NCBI GenBank assembly: GCA_037444445.1
Contig: JBBIMK010000013.1
Coordinates: 22,394-54,393 of the forward strand
DNA from: a bacterium
GTDB taxonomy: Bacteria; UBP7; UBA6624; JBBIMK01
Length of the DNA stretch: 32,000 bases
Reading direction: 5' to 3'
The translations under genes and the position numbers were made by a program. The notes under the pieces are model-generated. The model had not been told where the DNA came from and made no database searches. It saw only the letters and a program-made list of their open reading frames with translations. Shown here piece after piece: positions 1-8,516 of this stretch. Position 1 is the first letter of the stretch; each line of letters opens with the position of its first letter.

Positions 1-2
1 TT

Positions 3-530
3 CACGGCCTCTTACACGCCACCCAGATCGCCTGGGACCGGAATGTGGCACCCTCCTCCTGGTTCAAAGTGGGGGATGTGATTCAGGTGAAAGTGATTAG
101 CAAAGATGCGGAAAGCGGGCGCGTAGGCCTCAGCCTGAAAGCCCTCACCAGCGACCCCTGGAATGCCCTCGCAGAGCGAGTTCATGTGGGCGATATCCTG
201 GAGGGCGTGGTCACCCAGATTGCCAGGAAAAAAAACGGTGTGTTCGTGAAAATAGCCGACGGCGTGGAGGGCTGGGTCCATATCTCCGAAATCTCCGATG
301 ACCGGGTGTCCGACCCGGCGGAAGTCCTCAGCATCGGCCAGAAGGTGCAGGTGAAGGTCCTGGAGTTTTCTGCACCCCAGCGCCGCCTCCGCTTGAGCAT
401 TAAGGGCGTCTCTGCCGTGGAAGAAAAAACCGATGCCTACTACCAGAGCACCGATGGACAGGCCTCTCTGGGAGATTTCTGGCACAAAAGCACCTCCCGA
501 CATTCCCGCCGGGATAAGCGCCCTAAATGA
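3..530 (+). CDS. rpsA: S1 RNA-binding-domain protein, C-terminal part (ribosomal protein S1-like); 5' end lies outside the window
   Basis: The frame is open from the window edge (HGLLHATQIAWDRN precedes the tracked Met at 45). Two tandem S1/OB repeats are readable: GDVIQVKVISKDAESGRVGLSLKAL and GDILEGVVTQIARKKNGVFVKIADGVEGWVHISEISD...RLRLSIKG. Stop TGA 528-530 overlaps the next ATG (ATGA). Confidence 0.75.
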   Translation, partial: HGLLHATQIAWDRNVAPSSWFKVGDVIQVKVISKDAESGRVGLSLKALTSDPWNALAERVHVGDILEGVVTQIARKKNGVFVKIADGVEGWVHISEISDDRVSDPAEVLSIGQKVQVKVLEFSAPQRRLRLSIKGVSAVEEKTDAYYQSTDGQASLGDFWHKSTSRHSRRDKRPK

Positions 531-1117
531 TTATCGGCCTCACGGGCAATATCGCCAGTGGCAAAACCCTCGTGGCTGAAATCCTTCGCTCACTCGGCAT
601 CCGCATCTTAGATGCCGATACAATCGCTCATCAACTCCTCCTTTCGGATAAAAGTGTGGCAGCGGCCATCCTTCGCCGGTGGGGTAATCCTGTCTTCTCC
701 CCCGATGGAACTGTGAACCGGAAAGCCCTCGCCTCCCTCGTCTTCTCCTCCCCGGCAGACCGCCAATATCTGGAAAATCTTCTTCATCCGAAGATTAAAA
801 AGGAAATCCTGCGCACAATCCATGAATGTCGGAAGAAGAAACAATCCCTCCTCGTCATCGCCCCTCTCCTATTTGAAGCCCGCTTCACCTGGCCCTTTGA
901 TGAAATCTGGCTCACCGTCGCTCCCTACCATATCCGCCTCCAGCGGTTAAGGCAAAGAGACGGGCTATCCTATCGGCAGGCGAAGAGGCGGATGAAAAGC
1001 CAGCTACCCCAGCGTCAGAAAATTCCCCACGCCCGCCTTGTCATCTCCACGGATAAACCCCTGAAAACCCTCAAAAATGAGATTCTCTCCCTCTGCAAGC
1101 GGAAACTGACCACATAA
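527..1117 (+). CDS. coaE: dephospho-CoA kinase
   Basis: N-terminal P-loop MIIGLTGNIASGKT followed by LDADTIAHQLL. Length 196 aa is typical of CoaE. The start overlaps the upstream stop (ATGA). Confidence 0.9.
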   Translation: MIIGLTGNIASGKTLVAEILRSLGIRILDADTIAHQLLLSDKSVAAAILRRWGNPVFSPDGTVNRKALASLVFSSPADRQYLENLLHPKIKKEILRTIHECRKKKQSLLVIAPLLFEARFTWPFDEIWLTVAPYHIRLQRLRQRDGLSYRQAKRRMKSQLPQRQKIPHARLVISTDKPLKTLKNEILSLCKRKLTT

Positions 1118-1372
1118 AAGCAGGCAGGAATGCCGGCGCCACCCCCTCGTAGCGCCGACTTTCAGTCGGCATCCGCCGGTGCACGGGTGTCAACGGTGGC
1201 GTGCTTGTAGTGCCGGTCTTCCAACCGACCTTCAGCGGGCAATGCCCTGTTCCGCCCCATCCCTGCCTCTTCCATATCAAACCTTTTTATGCCAGCCAAA
1301 ATGTCGCCTATCGTTCCCAGCACAAGAGAAGTTCCGCCGTAGGCAACCTGGGTGACCCCGTGAGATGGTGTG

Positions 1373-1381
1373 TGGTAAAAT
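1373..1381 (+). promoter_or_regulatory. candidate extended -10 element TGGTAAAAT upstream of secA
   Basis: TGgTAAAAT ends 9 nt before the secA ATG (1391). No convincing -35. If it is used, the transcript would have almost no leader. Confidence 0.3.
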
Positions 1382-1390
1382 AGGATCAGG

Positions 1391-4165
1391 ATGATACGAC
1401 TGCTGAAGAAAGTTTTTGATTCTAATGAGCGGGAAGTAGCCCGACTGTGGAAGGTGGTTCGCCGAATCAACGCCCTGGAAGAGAAGGTGCAGGCCCTTTC
1501 GTCGGAGGCGCTACGACAGAAGACAGAGGAATTCCGGAACCGCCTGAAGCAGGGTGAGAAACTGGATAACCTCCTGGTGGAAGCCTTTGCAGTGGTGCGG
1601 GAGGCAGGGCGGCGCACCATCCACCTTCGTCACTTTGATGTCCAACTCATCGGCGGTATTGTTCTCCACCAGGGCAGAATCGCAGAAATGGCCACCGGCG
1701 AGGGGAAAACCCTCGTGGCTACCCTCCCCATTTACCTCAATGCCCTCACCGGTAAAGGGGTTCACCTGGTCACCGTGAACGATTACCTCGCTCGTCGGGA
1801 CGCTATGTGGATGGGCCCCATTTACCTCTCCTTAGGGTTGACTGTGGGCGTCTTACAGCACGATTCCGCTTATACCATTGACTGGGACCCCACTGCCGTC
1901 TACGGCACAAAAATGGTGAAATGTGAGCAAAGAAAAACCGCTTACCTCTGCGATATTACTTACGGCACCAACTCCGAGTTCGGATTTGATTACCTCCGCG
2001 ACAATATGGTCTATCGTCTGGAGGACCGGGTTCAGAGGGAATTGAATTATGCCATCGTGGACGAGGTGGACAGCATACTGATAGATGAAGCCCGCACCCC
2101 GCTCATCATTTCCGGCATGGGTGTAGAAGATACCCGCATCTACCGCGAGGTCGCCCAGGTCATTGCCACCCTGAACCCGGACACCGATGTGGAAATCAAG
2201 GAGAAAGAATTCTCCGTCACGCTCACCGCAGATGGGATGCAGAAGGTGGAGAAAGCCTTCGGCATCAAGAACCTGTATGATTTTGAGAATTCAGATTTGA
2301 ATCATCGGGTATATCAGGCGCTCAAAGCTCGTTTCCTGATGAAGTCGGACAAAGAATATGTGGTGAAGAACGGGGAAATCATCATCGTGGACGAGTTCAC
2401 CGGGCGTTTAATGTTCGGACGCCGATACTCCGACGGCCTCCATCAGGCCATTGAAGCCAAGGAAGGAGTGCCCGTGAGGGCAGAAAGCCAGACCCTCGCC
2501 ACCATCACCATCCAGAACTACTTCCGGATGTATAAAAAATTGGCTGGCATGACAGGAACCGCCAAAACGGAAGAGCGGGAGTTCGTGAATATCTACGGAA
2601 TGGATGTGGTGGTGATTCCCACCAACCGCCCGTTAATCCGCCACACGCTGAACGACCAGGTGTACAAAACGGAAAGAGCGAAATTCCGTGCAGTGGTGAA
2701 TAGCATCCTCCAGCGTTATCAGAAAGGCCAGCCCGTTCTGGTGGGCACCACTTCCATAGAGAACTCGGAAAAGTTGAGCCGGCTGTTAGAGAAAGAGCGT
2801 GTGCCTCACTCGGTGCTGAATGCCAAGCACCACGAGCGGGAAGCAGAAATCGTCGCACAGGCGGGACGCTTCGGTGCCGTCACCATCGCCACCAACATGG
2901 CAGGTAGAGGAACCGACATCCTCCTGGGCGGCAACCCCGCTTTCCTTGCCAGAGAAATCCTGAAAGCAGAAGGAAAAGACCCGGATAAGAACCCGGAAGC
3001 CTTTCAGGAAGCCCTGAAGAAAGCCGAACTTATCACCCGCGATGAACATCAGAAGGTGGTGGCTCAGGGCGGCCTCCATGTAATCGGCACGGAACGCCAC
3101 GAAGCCCGGCGCATTGATAACCAGCTCCGGGGACGGGCTGGAAGACAGGGCGACCCCGGCTCCTCCCAGTTCTTCCTCTCCCTGGAGGATGAAATTATGC
3201 GTAAGTTCGGCCAGGACCGGGTCAAAGCCCTGATGGACCGCTTCAACTTCCCGGAAGATGAAGTCCTGGAAGCCGGTATGATAAATTGGGCGATTGAATC
3301 CGTCCAGAAACGCGTGGAAGCCAACAACTTTGAAATCCGTAAGAACCTCCTGAAATACGATGACATCTTGAACAAACAGAGGGAAGTCATTTATGCAGAG
3401 CGGATGAAAGTGCTCACCGAACCCGGCTTCCACGATAAAGTCTACTCCTTCCTGGATGCCGTTATAGATAGCCTCCTCAACGAATACTGCCCCAGAGAGG
3501 ATTCTCCCGCTGAATGGCGACTGAAGGAACTTCATAGAGACCTTCACTTCCTTATGCCCATCCCCCTCACCGAGGAAGAGTTAAGGCAGAAAGCCTTAAA
3601 TAACGCACCCCCGAATCCCGATGCACGCCTTTCCGCCCTCCAGGATTTCCTCCGGGCACTCATTCACCCGCTGTATCAAAAGCGGGTTGAGGAGTTAGGA
3701 ACCGAGATTGCGGAGGCTCTTGCCCGCCTGGCTACCCTGCGAGCCATAGACCGCCGATGGATTGAACACCTGGATATGATGGACCATCTGAGAGAGGGCG
3801 TGAGTCTTCGCGGCTACGGCAATGTGAACCCCATCGTCGTCTATGCAAAGGAAGCCTTTGACCAGTTCCAGAGCCTGCTGACGAATATTCAGAAGGACAT
3901 CGTTCGCGAAATCTTCCTGGCACAGGTCCAGGTGAAGCCTTCGGCGGGCGTGTTTGAGACGATTGAAAAATCGTATTCCGCCCCCGATGACTCAGGCGCT
4001 AAGGCGGAGGGAGAAACCCCACCATCCCGCCCCAGACTCCCCGATAGAAAGAAGAAACAGGTGGGACGCAACGACCCCTGCCCCTGCGGCTCCGGCAAAA
4101 AATACAAAAAATGCTGTATGAACAAAGACCTGGCCGCCGGGAAACCCTCAGCCCCTGCCCGCTAA
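1391..4165 (+). CDS. secA: preprotein translocase ATPase SecA
   Basis: 924 aa. Readable motifs: FDVQLIGGIVLHQGRIAEMATGEGKTLVATLP (Walker A region), IVDEVDSILIDEARTPLIISG, TNMAGRGTDI, and the C-terminal zinc motif CPCGSGKKYKKCC. Confidence 0.97.
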   Translation: MIRLLKKVFDSNEREVARLWKVVRRINALEEKVQALSSEALRQKTEEFRNRLKQGEKLDNLLVEAFAVVREAGRRTIHLRHFDVQLIGGIVLHQGRIAEMATGEGKTLVATLPIYLNALTGKGVHLVTVNDYLARRDAMWMGPIYLSLGLTVGVLQHDSAYTIDWDPTAVYGTKMVKCEQRKTAYLCDITYGTNSEFGFDYLRDNMVYRLEDRVQRELNYAIVDEVDSILIDEARTPLIISGMGVEDTRIYREVAQVIATLNPDTDVEIKEKEFSVTLTADGMQKVEKAFGIKNLYDFENSDLNHRVYQALKARFLMKSDKEYVVKNGEIIIVDEFTGRLMFGRRYSDGLHQAIEAKEGVPVRAESQTLATITIQNYFRMYKKLAGMTGTAKTEEREFVNIYGMDVVVIPTNRPLIRHTLNDQVYKTERAKFRAVVNSILQRYQKGQPVLVGTTSIENSEKLSRLLEKERVPHSVLNAKHHEREAEIVAQAGRFGAVTIATNMAGRGTDILLGGNPAFLAREILKAEGKDPDKNPEAFQEALKKAELITRDEHQKVVAQGGLHVIGTERHEARRIDNQLRGRAGRQGDPGSSQFFLSLEDEIMRKFGQDRVKALMDRFNFPEDEVLEAGMINWAIESVQKRVEANNFEIRKNLLKYDDILNKQREVIYAERMKVLTEPGFHDKVYSFLDAVIDSLLNEYCPREDSPAEWRLKELHRDLHFLMPIPLTEEELRQKALNNAPPNPDARLSALQDFLRALIHPLYQKRVEELGTEIAEALARLATLRAIDRRWIEHLDMMDHLREGVSLRGYGNVNPIVVYAKEAFDQFQSLLTNIQKDIVREIFLAQVQVKPSAGVFETIEKSYSAPDDSGAKAEGETPPSRPRLPDRKKKQVGRNDPCPCGSGKKYKKCCMNKDLAAGKPSAPAR

Positions 4166-4191
4166 ATTCCATTCACTCCTTTTGCCACTGA

Positions 4192-4255
4192 AGGTGAAGG
4201 GCACGAAAAACTTCACCGATGAAATGAATTTCCCACTTCATCTGCCCTTTCACCT
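4192..4255. terminator. imperfect long palindrome with alternative stems between convergent secA and E2 genes
   Basis: AGGTGAAGGGCA (4192-4203) pairs with TGCCCTTTCACCT (4243-4255, one bulge). There is an inner stem GATGAAATG/CACTTCATC (4218-4226/4234-4242). GGTGAAG can alternatively pair with CTTCACC (4211-4217). No clear U-tract. Confidence 0.3.
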
Positions 4256-4274
4256 CTATTCCCCAGCCCCCCAT

Positions 4275-5486
4275 TTATTCCATCAGCAAGAGTTCAGGAG
4301 TCTGCAGGGTTTGAGATAAAACCTGAAGGAAGCGAGCCACAGTTGCACCGTCCACAATCCGATGGTCAAAAGAAATGGAAAAGTAAATCACATCCCGAAT
4401 GACAATTTGATTCTCCATCACCACCGGGCGTTTTTTAATCTGGTGCACGCCCAAAATTGCGGAGTTCGGATAGTGGATGATGGGAGCCGACAGAAAAACG
4501 CCTAAATGTCCCGCTGATGTAATGCTGAAGGTGGCGTCTTGCACTTCTTTCAGCCCGAGGGTCCCTTTCCGAGCCCTCTCCGTTAGCCTCTCAATCTCCC
4601 TCGCAATCTCAATCACCGACAGTTTATCCACTTGCTTCACCACAGGCACTATCAATCCATCTTCCACATCCACCGCGATGCCGATGTTGTAATACTTTTT
4701 ATAAATCAATTCTGACTTCTCTTCATCCAGGGAAGCGTTCATACCAGGATAGGCTTTGAGGGCAGGAATCAGGGCTTTCGTGATGAAACTGAGGTAAGTG
4801 AGTTTCACTCCTTCTTTTTCTGCTCGCGGCTTCATCCGCTCTCTTAAGGAGACGAGATTCGTAACATCCACTTCTTCCACCACAAGGGTGTGGGCGGCTC
4901 TGTCTAACGACAGCCGCATACGGTCGCCCACCATCCTTCGCTTCCCGCGGTAGGGCATCCTTTCCACTTCTCCTGCGGGTGTGACCACAGGAACAGCAGT
5001 AGCCCCTATGCCTGCCCCCCAAAATTTTTCCACATCCTCTTTCGTGATTCTTCCGCCAGGACCCGTTCCCTCCACCTTTGTCAGGTCCACACCCTTTTCC
5101 CTGGCGTAGGCACGAACAGCAGGGGTGGCAAGTGGTTTTTCCTCCGGGCGCGAGGGAACAATCCCTTCCCCGACCCTTCCTTCTTTTTTCTCCACCCGGG
5201 GTGAGGCGGGTTCCTCCTCTGCCTCTTCCCTTTTCCCCTCCTTCCCTTCTTCGGCTTCAAACAGGGCAATAGCCGTCCCCACCTTCACCACTTCCCCTTC
5301 CCGATGCAGGAACTTCATCAGCCTGCCCTCCACCGGTGATGGAACCTCCACATTCACCTTCTCCGTCAGAACCTCTAAAAGAATCTGGTCCTTCTTTACG
5401 AACTCCCCTTCCTTCACGAACCACTTCCCGATTTCGCCTTCCACGATGGATTCTGCAATTTCTGGCATCTTGAATTCTATCGGCAT
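4275..5486 (-). CDS. 2-oxoacid dehydrogenase E2 component (dihydrolipoamide acyltransferase)
   Basis: N-terminal lipoyl domain (LLEVLTEKVNVEVPSPVEG). E3/E1-binding domain (PLATPAVRAYAREKGVDLTKVEGTGPGGRITKEDV). Catalytic domain with SFDHRIVDGA. SD AAGGAGGG lies 8 nt upstream of the ATG. Confidence 0.9.
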   Translation of the reverse strand: MPIEFKMPEIAESIVEGEIGKWFVKEGEFVKKDQILLEVLTEKVNVEVPSPVEGRLMKFLHREGEVVKVGTAIALFEAEEGKEGKREEAEEEPASPRVEKKEGRVGEGIVPSRPEEKPLATPAVRAYAREKGVDLTKVEGTGPGGRITKEDVEKFWGAGIGATAVPVVTPAGEVERMPYRGKRRMVGDRMRLSLDRAAHTLVVEEVDVTNLVSLRERMKPRAEKEGVKLTYLSFITKALIPALKAYPGMNASLDEEKSELIYKKYYNIGIAVDVEDGLIVPVVKQVDKLSVIEIAREIERLTERARKGTLGLKEVQDATFSITSAGHLGVFLSAPIIHYPNSAILGVHQIKKRPVVMENQIVIRDVIYFSISFDHRIVDGATVARFLQVLSQTLQTPELLLME

Positions 5487-5530
5487 AATTTTTTCCCTCC
5501 TTTCGGGACCCCGTCCCGTGCACTGACTCT

Positions 5531-5539
5531 ATTTTATCA
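5531..5539 (-). promoter_or_regulatory. candidate extended -10 element TGATAAAAT for the E2 gene
   Basis: The minus strand reads TGaTAAAAT about 45 nt upstream of the E2 ATG (5486), inside the 89-nt gap after aroC. Confidence 0.4.
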
Positions 5540-5575
5540 GACTAAAAAACTCCTTGACGCTGGGCACCAGAGGGT

Positions 5576-6733
5576 TCATCGTTTCGTGCCCTGCAGGAAG
5601 CCGATTCGCCTGCAATATGAGCGGTGAGCAGTGAGAGTTTCCTGAATGCAATCGCCACCGAATTTTTCCAGCAACGCATCCGCAAGCACAAGCCCCATTA
5701 CCCCTTCGCCCACCACGGAGGCAGAAGGAACAATGAAAATATCGGAGCGAATATAACAGGCAGGTGCTGGCTTGCCCGTCCGCAGGTTCACTGAGGGAAG
5801 GGGCTTTTTCTGGGTTGGCACAGGTTTCACATACCCCCGTACCACGATGGGCATTCCGTTGGTCATTCCGCCTTCAATTCCTCCTGCATAGTTCGTGGGG
5901 CGGGTAATCGGAATGTTCTCCCCTCTTCTTCCCGGTAGAATCGGGTCTATAGCATCGCTCCCGAAACGCTTGCATATCTTTAGGCCCTCTCCAATTTCCA
6001 CCGCTTTTACAGAAGGGATGGACATAAATGCGAAGGCGAGGCGTGCATCCAGCCGCTTATCCCACTGAATATAGGAGCCCAATCCGGGTGGCACATTGCA
6101 GGCACGCACTTCAAAACTACCCCCCAGGGTCGTGCCGGCTGAAGAGGCTTTCTTCAACAGGGCTTTCACCTTCTCTGTCATCTCAGCCTCAGGGCAGTAG
6201 AAAGGGGAAGCATCCCGCTCTTTCAGGAGTTCTTCAGGATTCTCCGGTGCGGAAGAAATTGAGAATTCACCGGCAGAACGAAGAAAGCCAATCACCTGAA
6301 TCTGAAAAGCCCTCAGGAACTGGAGGGCGATGACGCCCAGGGCTGTCCTCATGGCAGTTTCCCGGGCGCTGGCTCGCTCCGCCACCGGCGCCAGATGGGT
6401 AAAACCATATTTTACATAGCCCCCATAATCCGCATGCCCGGGCCTGGGAATGGTGCCCAATCTCTCCCCTTCCGGCTCCTCTCCCGGTGCCCGATTCGGT
6501 AACATAAGAGCGATGGGTGCGCCAGTGGTTCTCCCCCCATACAGCCCGGATAAAATTTGAATCCTGTCCTCCTCAATACGGTGCGAACGAACACTACGCC
6601 CGGGCACTTTCTGCCGACGCCTCAAATAATGGTTGATGCTCTCTTCCGATATACAAATGCCGGCGGGTAGCCCCTCCAGTATCCCCACCAGAAATTTGCC
6701 GTGGGATTCTCCTGCCGTCCAGTATCTTAACAT
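5576..6733 (-). CDS. aroC: chorismate synthase
   Basis: MLRYWTAGESHGKFLVGILEGLPAG N-terminus, GRSVRSHRIEEDRIQILSG, RPGHADY, and SARETAMR motifs. 385 aa. SD AAGGAGG upstream. Confidence 0.93.
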   Translation of the reverse strand: MLRYWTAGESHGKFLVGILEGLPAGICISEESINHYLRRRQKVPGRSVRSHRIEEDRIQILSGLYGGRTTGAPIALMLPNRAPGEEPEGERLGTIPRPGHADYGGYVKYGFTHLAPVAERASARETAMRTALGVIALQFLRAFQIQVIGFLRSAGEFSISSAPENPEELLKERDASPFYCPEAEMTEKVKALLKKASSAGTTLGGSFEVRACNVPPGLGSYIQWDKRLDARLAFAFMSIPSVKAVEIGEGLKICKRFGSDAIDPILPGRRGENIPITRPTNYAGGIEGGMTNGMPIVVRGYVKPVPTQKKPLPSVNLRTGKPAPACYIRSDIFIVPSASVVGEGVMGLVLADALLEKFGGDCIQETLTAHRSYCRRIGFLQGTKR

Positions 6734-6763
6734 CTATCCTCCTTTCTCCACTATCCAGCTTAT

Positions 6764-6772
6764 AGTGTATCA
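6764..6772 (-). promoter_or_regulatory. candidate extended -10 element TGATACACT for aroC
   Basis: The minus strand reads TGaTACACT about 30 nt upstream of the aroC ATG, in the divergent intergenic region. Confidence 0.3.
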
Positions 6773-6849
6773 AACTCCCCCCCTTTTTTGGAAAGGGCTA
6801 TCCGTCCTCCCGAGGAACAGGATTATGCCCTATGCCATATTCCAAACTC

Positions 6850-6860
6850 TGGTATATAAT
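6850..6860 (+). promoter_or_regulatory. candidate extended -10 promoter TGGTATATAAT
   Basis: TGgTATATA/TATAAT lies 22-25 nt upstream of ATG 6883 and is followed by SD GGAGGTGG (6868-6875). Confidence 0.45.
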
Positions 6861-6882
6861 TCAGAGTTGGAGGTGGAAAACG

Positions 6883-8334
6883 ATGAAAAGGTTTCTAACT
6901 TTTGGAATCGTAGGATTACTGCTTTACTCCTGCGGTGGTGGGGGTGGTGGCGGCGGGCTTGCTCCTCTCCTTCAACTCCTGCAAACCGCCCTGAACTTCC
7001 CCTCATCGGTCAACTCCCTTCAGTTGCAAATAAAAAATAATGGCGGTGGAACCCTCACCTGGAACCTTACGGAATCCTTGGACTGGTTAACCCTTGACCA
7101 GACCAGCGGAAGCACAGCAGCAGGGCAAACTTCCACGGTGAATGTAACGGTAAACCGAACCGGTCAGAACCCCGGCTCCTATACGGGCACGATTAGCGTG
7201 ACCTCTAACGGCGGAAATGGAACTGTGAATGCCACCCTTGTGGTTATTTTCCCCTCGCAGGACGATGTGGATTCAGCGCCCAATGGTGCCGGATGGGTGA
7301 ACCTCATCACCGACATCAACGGCACGGATTTGCACCTGGGCTACTACAATGCCTCTAACGGACCCCGCTATATCAAGCGAACCGGTGGAGTCTGGGGGCT
7401 CCCCATAGTAGTAGAAACCAATCCAGCATATCAAAGCCCTCAGGTGGGGAAATATCTCAGTATGGCATTAAGCGCCGATGGCAAGCCCTCTATGGCATAC
7501 CAGGATGGCACCGGCGTTATTTCACCTGGAAAGAAATTTTTCGTCTACGCCTATTCACAGGGAACGACCTGGACCACTCTTCATAGCAGTTTTGGTGCCA
7601 CGGGGGACGACCTGGGCAACTATTGCGGGCTTGCCCGCTCAAAAGCGTCCGGTGAAACGGATGATTTCGCCCTTCACGCCAGTTTGCCTTCTAATACTTT
7701 ATACGCCGTTCACTGCTCAGAGAGCACTTGTTCCCCGGTACCCTTAGGAGACCCTGCGGGAATTTATCCCTCTATCTATGCTTCCGGTGGAAGAAACAAC
7801 GCTATATATCTCTCTCTTATTGACCCTTCTAATAACTCCCTTGGATTTCTATCTTGCGAGAATATGACTTGCTCCCCCACTGCACCCACACTTCTCACAA
7901 TTTTGACGGGCTTACCTGCAGGTTCCGCCTATACCTCTCTCGCCTCCTCCGATGGCACTTCCTTCCGCATTGCTTACTATGCTGGAAGTGATGGGTTAAA
8001 AGTTATCGCCTGTGATTCTAACTGCACCACGCCGGCGAACTGGAATTTATCCTGGACTGTAGAAGCGGGCGCAAATAACGGCAGATACCCCCACCTGATT
8101 TATGTCCCCGGAGATACTTATCACATCGCTTATGTGGATGCCAGCCATCAGGTGAAGCACGCCTGGTGGGATAACACCACCGCCTCCTGGAAGACAGAAA
8201 TCGTGGCAGATAACATCGGCACGAACGGCGGATACCCCAGCGTTGCCCTCACCGGTGGAACGGATAACAAAATCTATATCGCCTACTACAACGACACCAC
8301 GAAGAAAATTGTGCTTGCCTCAAAGCCCCGGTAA
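6883..8334 (+). CDS. secreted lipoprotein: BACON/Ig-like domain plus about 7 repeated beta-strand units (propeller-like); function unknown
   Basis: I moved the start to Met18 of the tracked ORF because SD GGAGGTGG sits 7 nt upstream. Lipobox LLLYSC is followed by G8. BACON-like pattern: TLTWNLTESLDWLTLDQTSGS...YTGTISVTSNGG. Repeats of the type xIAYYxxxxxxLKxxxxxxxxxxW run to the C-terminus. Confidence 0.8.
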   Translation: MKRFLTFGIVGLLLYSCGGGGGGGGLAPLLQLLQTALNFPSSVNSLQLQIKNNGGGTLTWNLTESLDWLTLDQTSGSTAAGQTSTVNVTVNRTGQNPGSYTGTISVTSNGGNGTVNATLVVIFPSQDDVDSAPNGAGWVNLITDINGTDLHLGYYNASNGPRYIKRTGGVWGLPIVVETNPAYQSPQVGKYLSMALSADGKPSMAYQDGTGVISPGKKFFVYAYSQGTTWTTLHSSFGATGDDLGNYCGLARSKASGETDDFALHASLPSNTLYAVHCSESTCSPVPLGDPAGIYPSIYASGGRNNAIYLSLIDPSNNSLGFLSCENMTCSPTAPTLLTILTGLPAGSAYTSLASSDGTSFRIAYYAGSDGLKVIACDSNCTTPANWNLSWTVEAGANNGRYPHLIYVPGDTYHIAYVDASHQVKHAWWDNTTASWKTEIVADNIGTNGGYPSVALTGGTDNKIYIAYYNDTTKKIVLASKPR

Positions 8335-8375
8335 GACTTCGCCTCTCCATGATAAATATCATTCGCCTGGTGTAG

Positions 8376-8396
8376 GGGAGGAGCTCGTCTCCTCCC
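8376..8396 (+). terminator. GC-rich hairpin downstream of the lipoprotein gene
   Basis: GGGAGGAG (8376-8383) / CTCCTCCC (8389-8396), 8-bp stem, 5-nt loop, 42 nt after the stop. No U-tract. Confidence 0.3.
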
Positions 8397-8456
8397 GAAG
8401 TGAACTCAACCGGGTGGTAAAGGAATCCCGCTTGTTTTGTAATGGGGCTCCCGCCC

Positions 8457-8514
8457 GTCATTCTGAGCGGAGCGAAAAATCTCCATTCAGATGCTTCACT
8501 TCGTTCAGCGGGAC
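8457..8514. repeat. palindromic intergenic element of the GTCATTCTGAGCG.AGCGAA...type
   Basis: The arms are GTCATTCTGAGCGGAGCGAAAAATC (8457-8481) and GATGCTTCACTTCGTTCAGCGGGAC (8490-8514). The core has 19-nt arms with 16 pairs, including 2 G-U pairs when read as plus-strand RNA. Spurious translations read VILSGAKNL (+) and FFAPLRMT (-). Confidence 0.45.
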
Positions 8515-8516
8515 AC

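Noticed and set aside
1162-1620. 152-aa minus-strand ORF spanning the coaE-secA spacer and the secA 5' end
   Set aside because: Most of it is antisense to secA. The spacer part (..AYGGTSLVLGTIGDILAGIKRF..) is briefly protein-like, but it has no start or SD context and no recognisable family.
6832-6882. Upstream ATG (6832) as the start of the BACON-like lipoprotein
   Set aside because: It would place 17 non-signal residues (MPYSKLWYIIQSWRWKT) before the signal peptide, and it overlaps the predicted promoter. ATG 6883 has a strong SD and yields a canonical lipoprotein signal.
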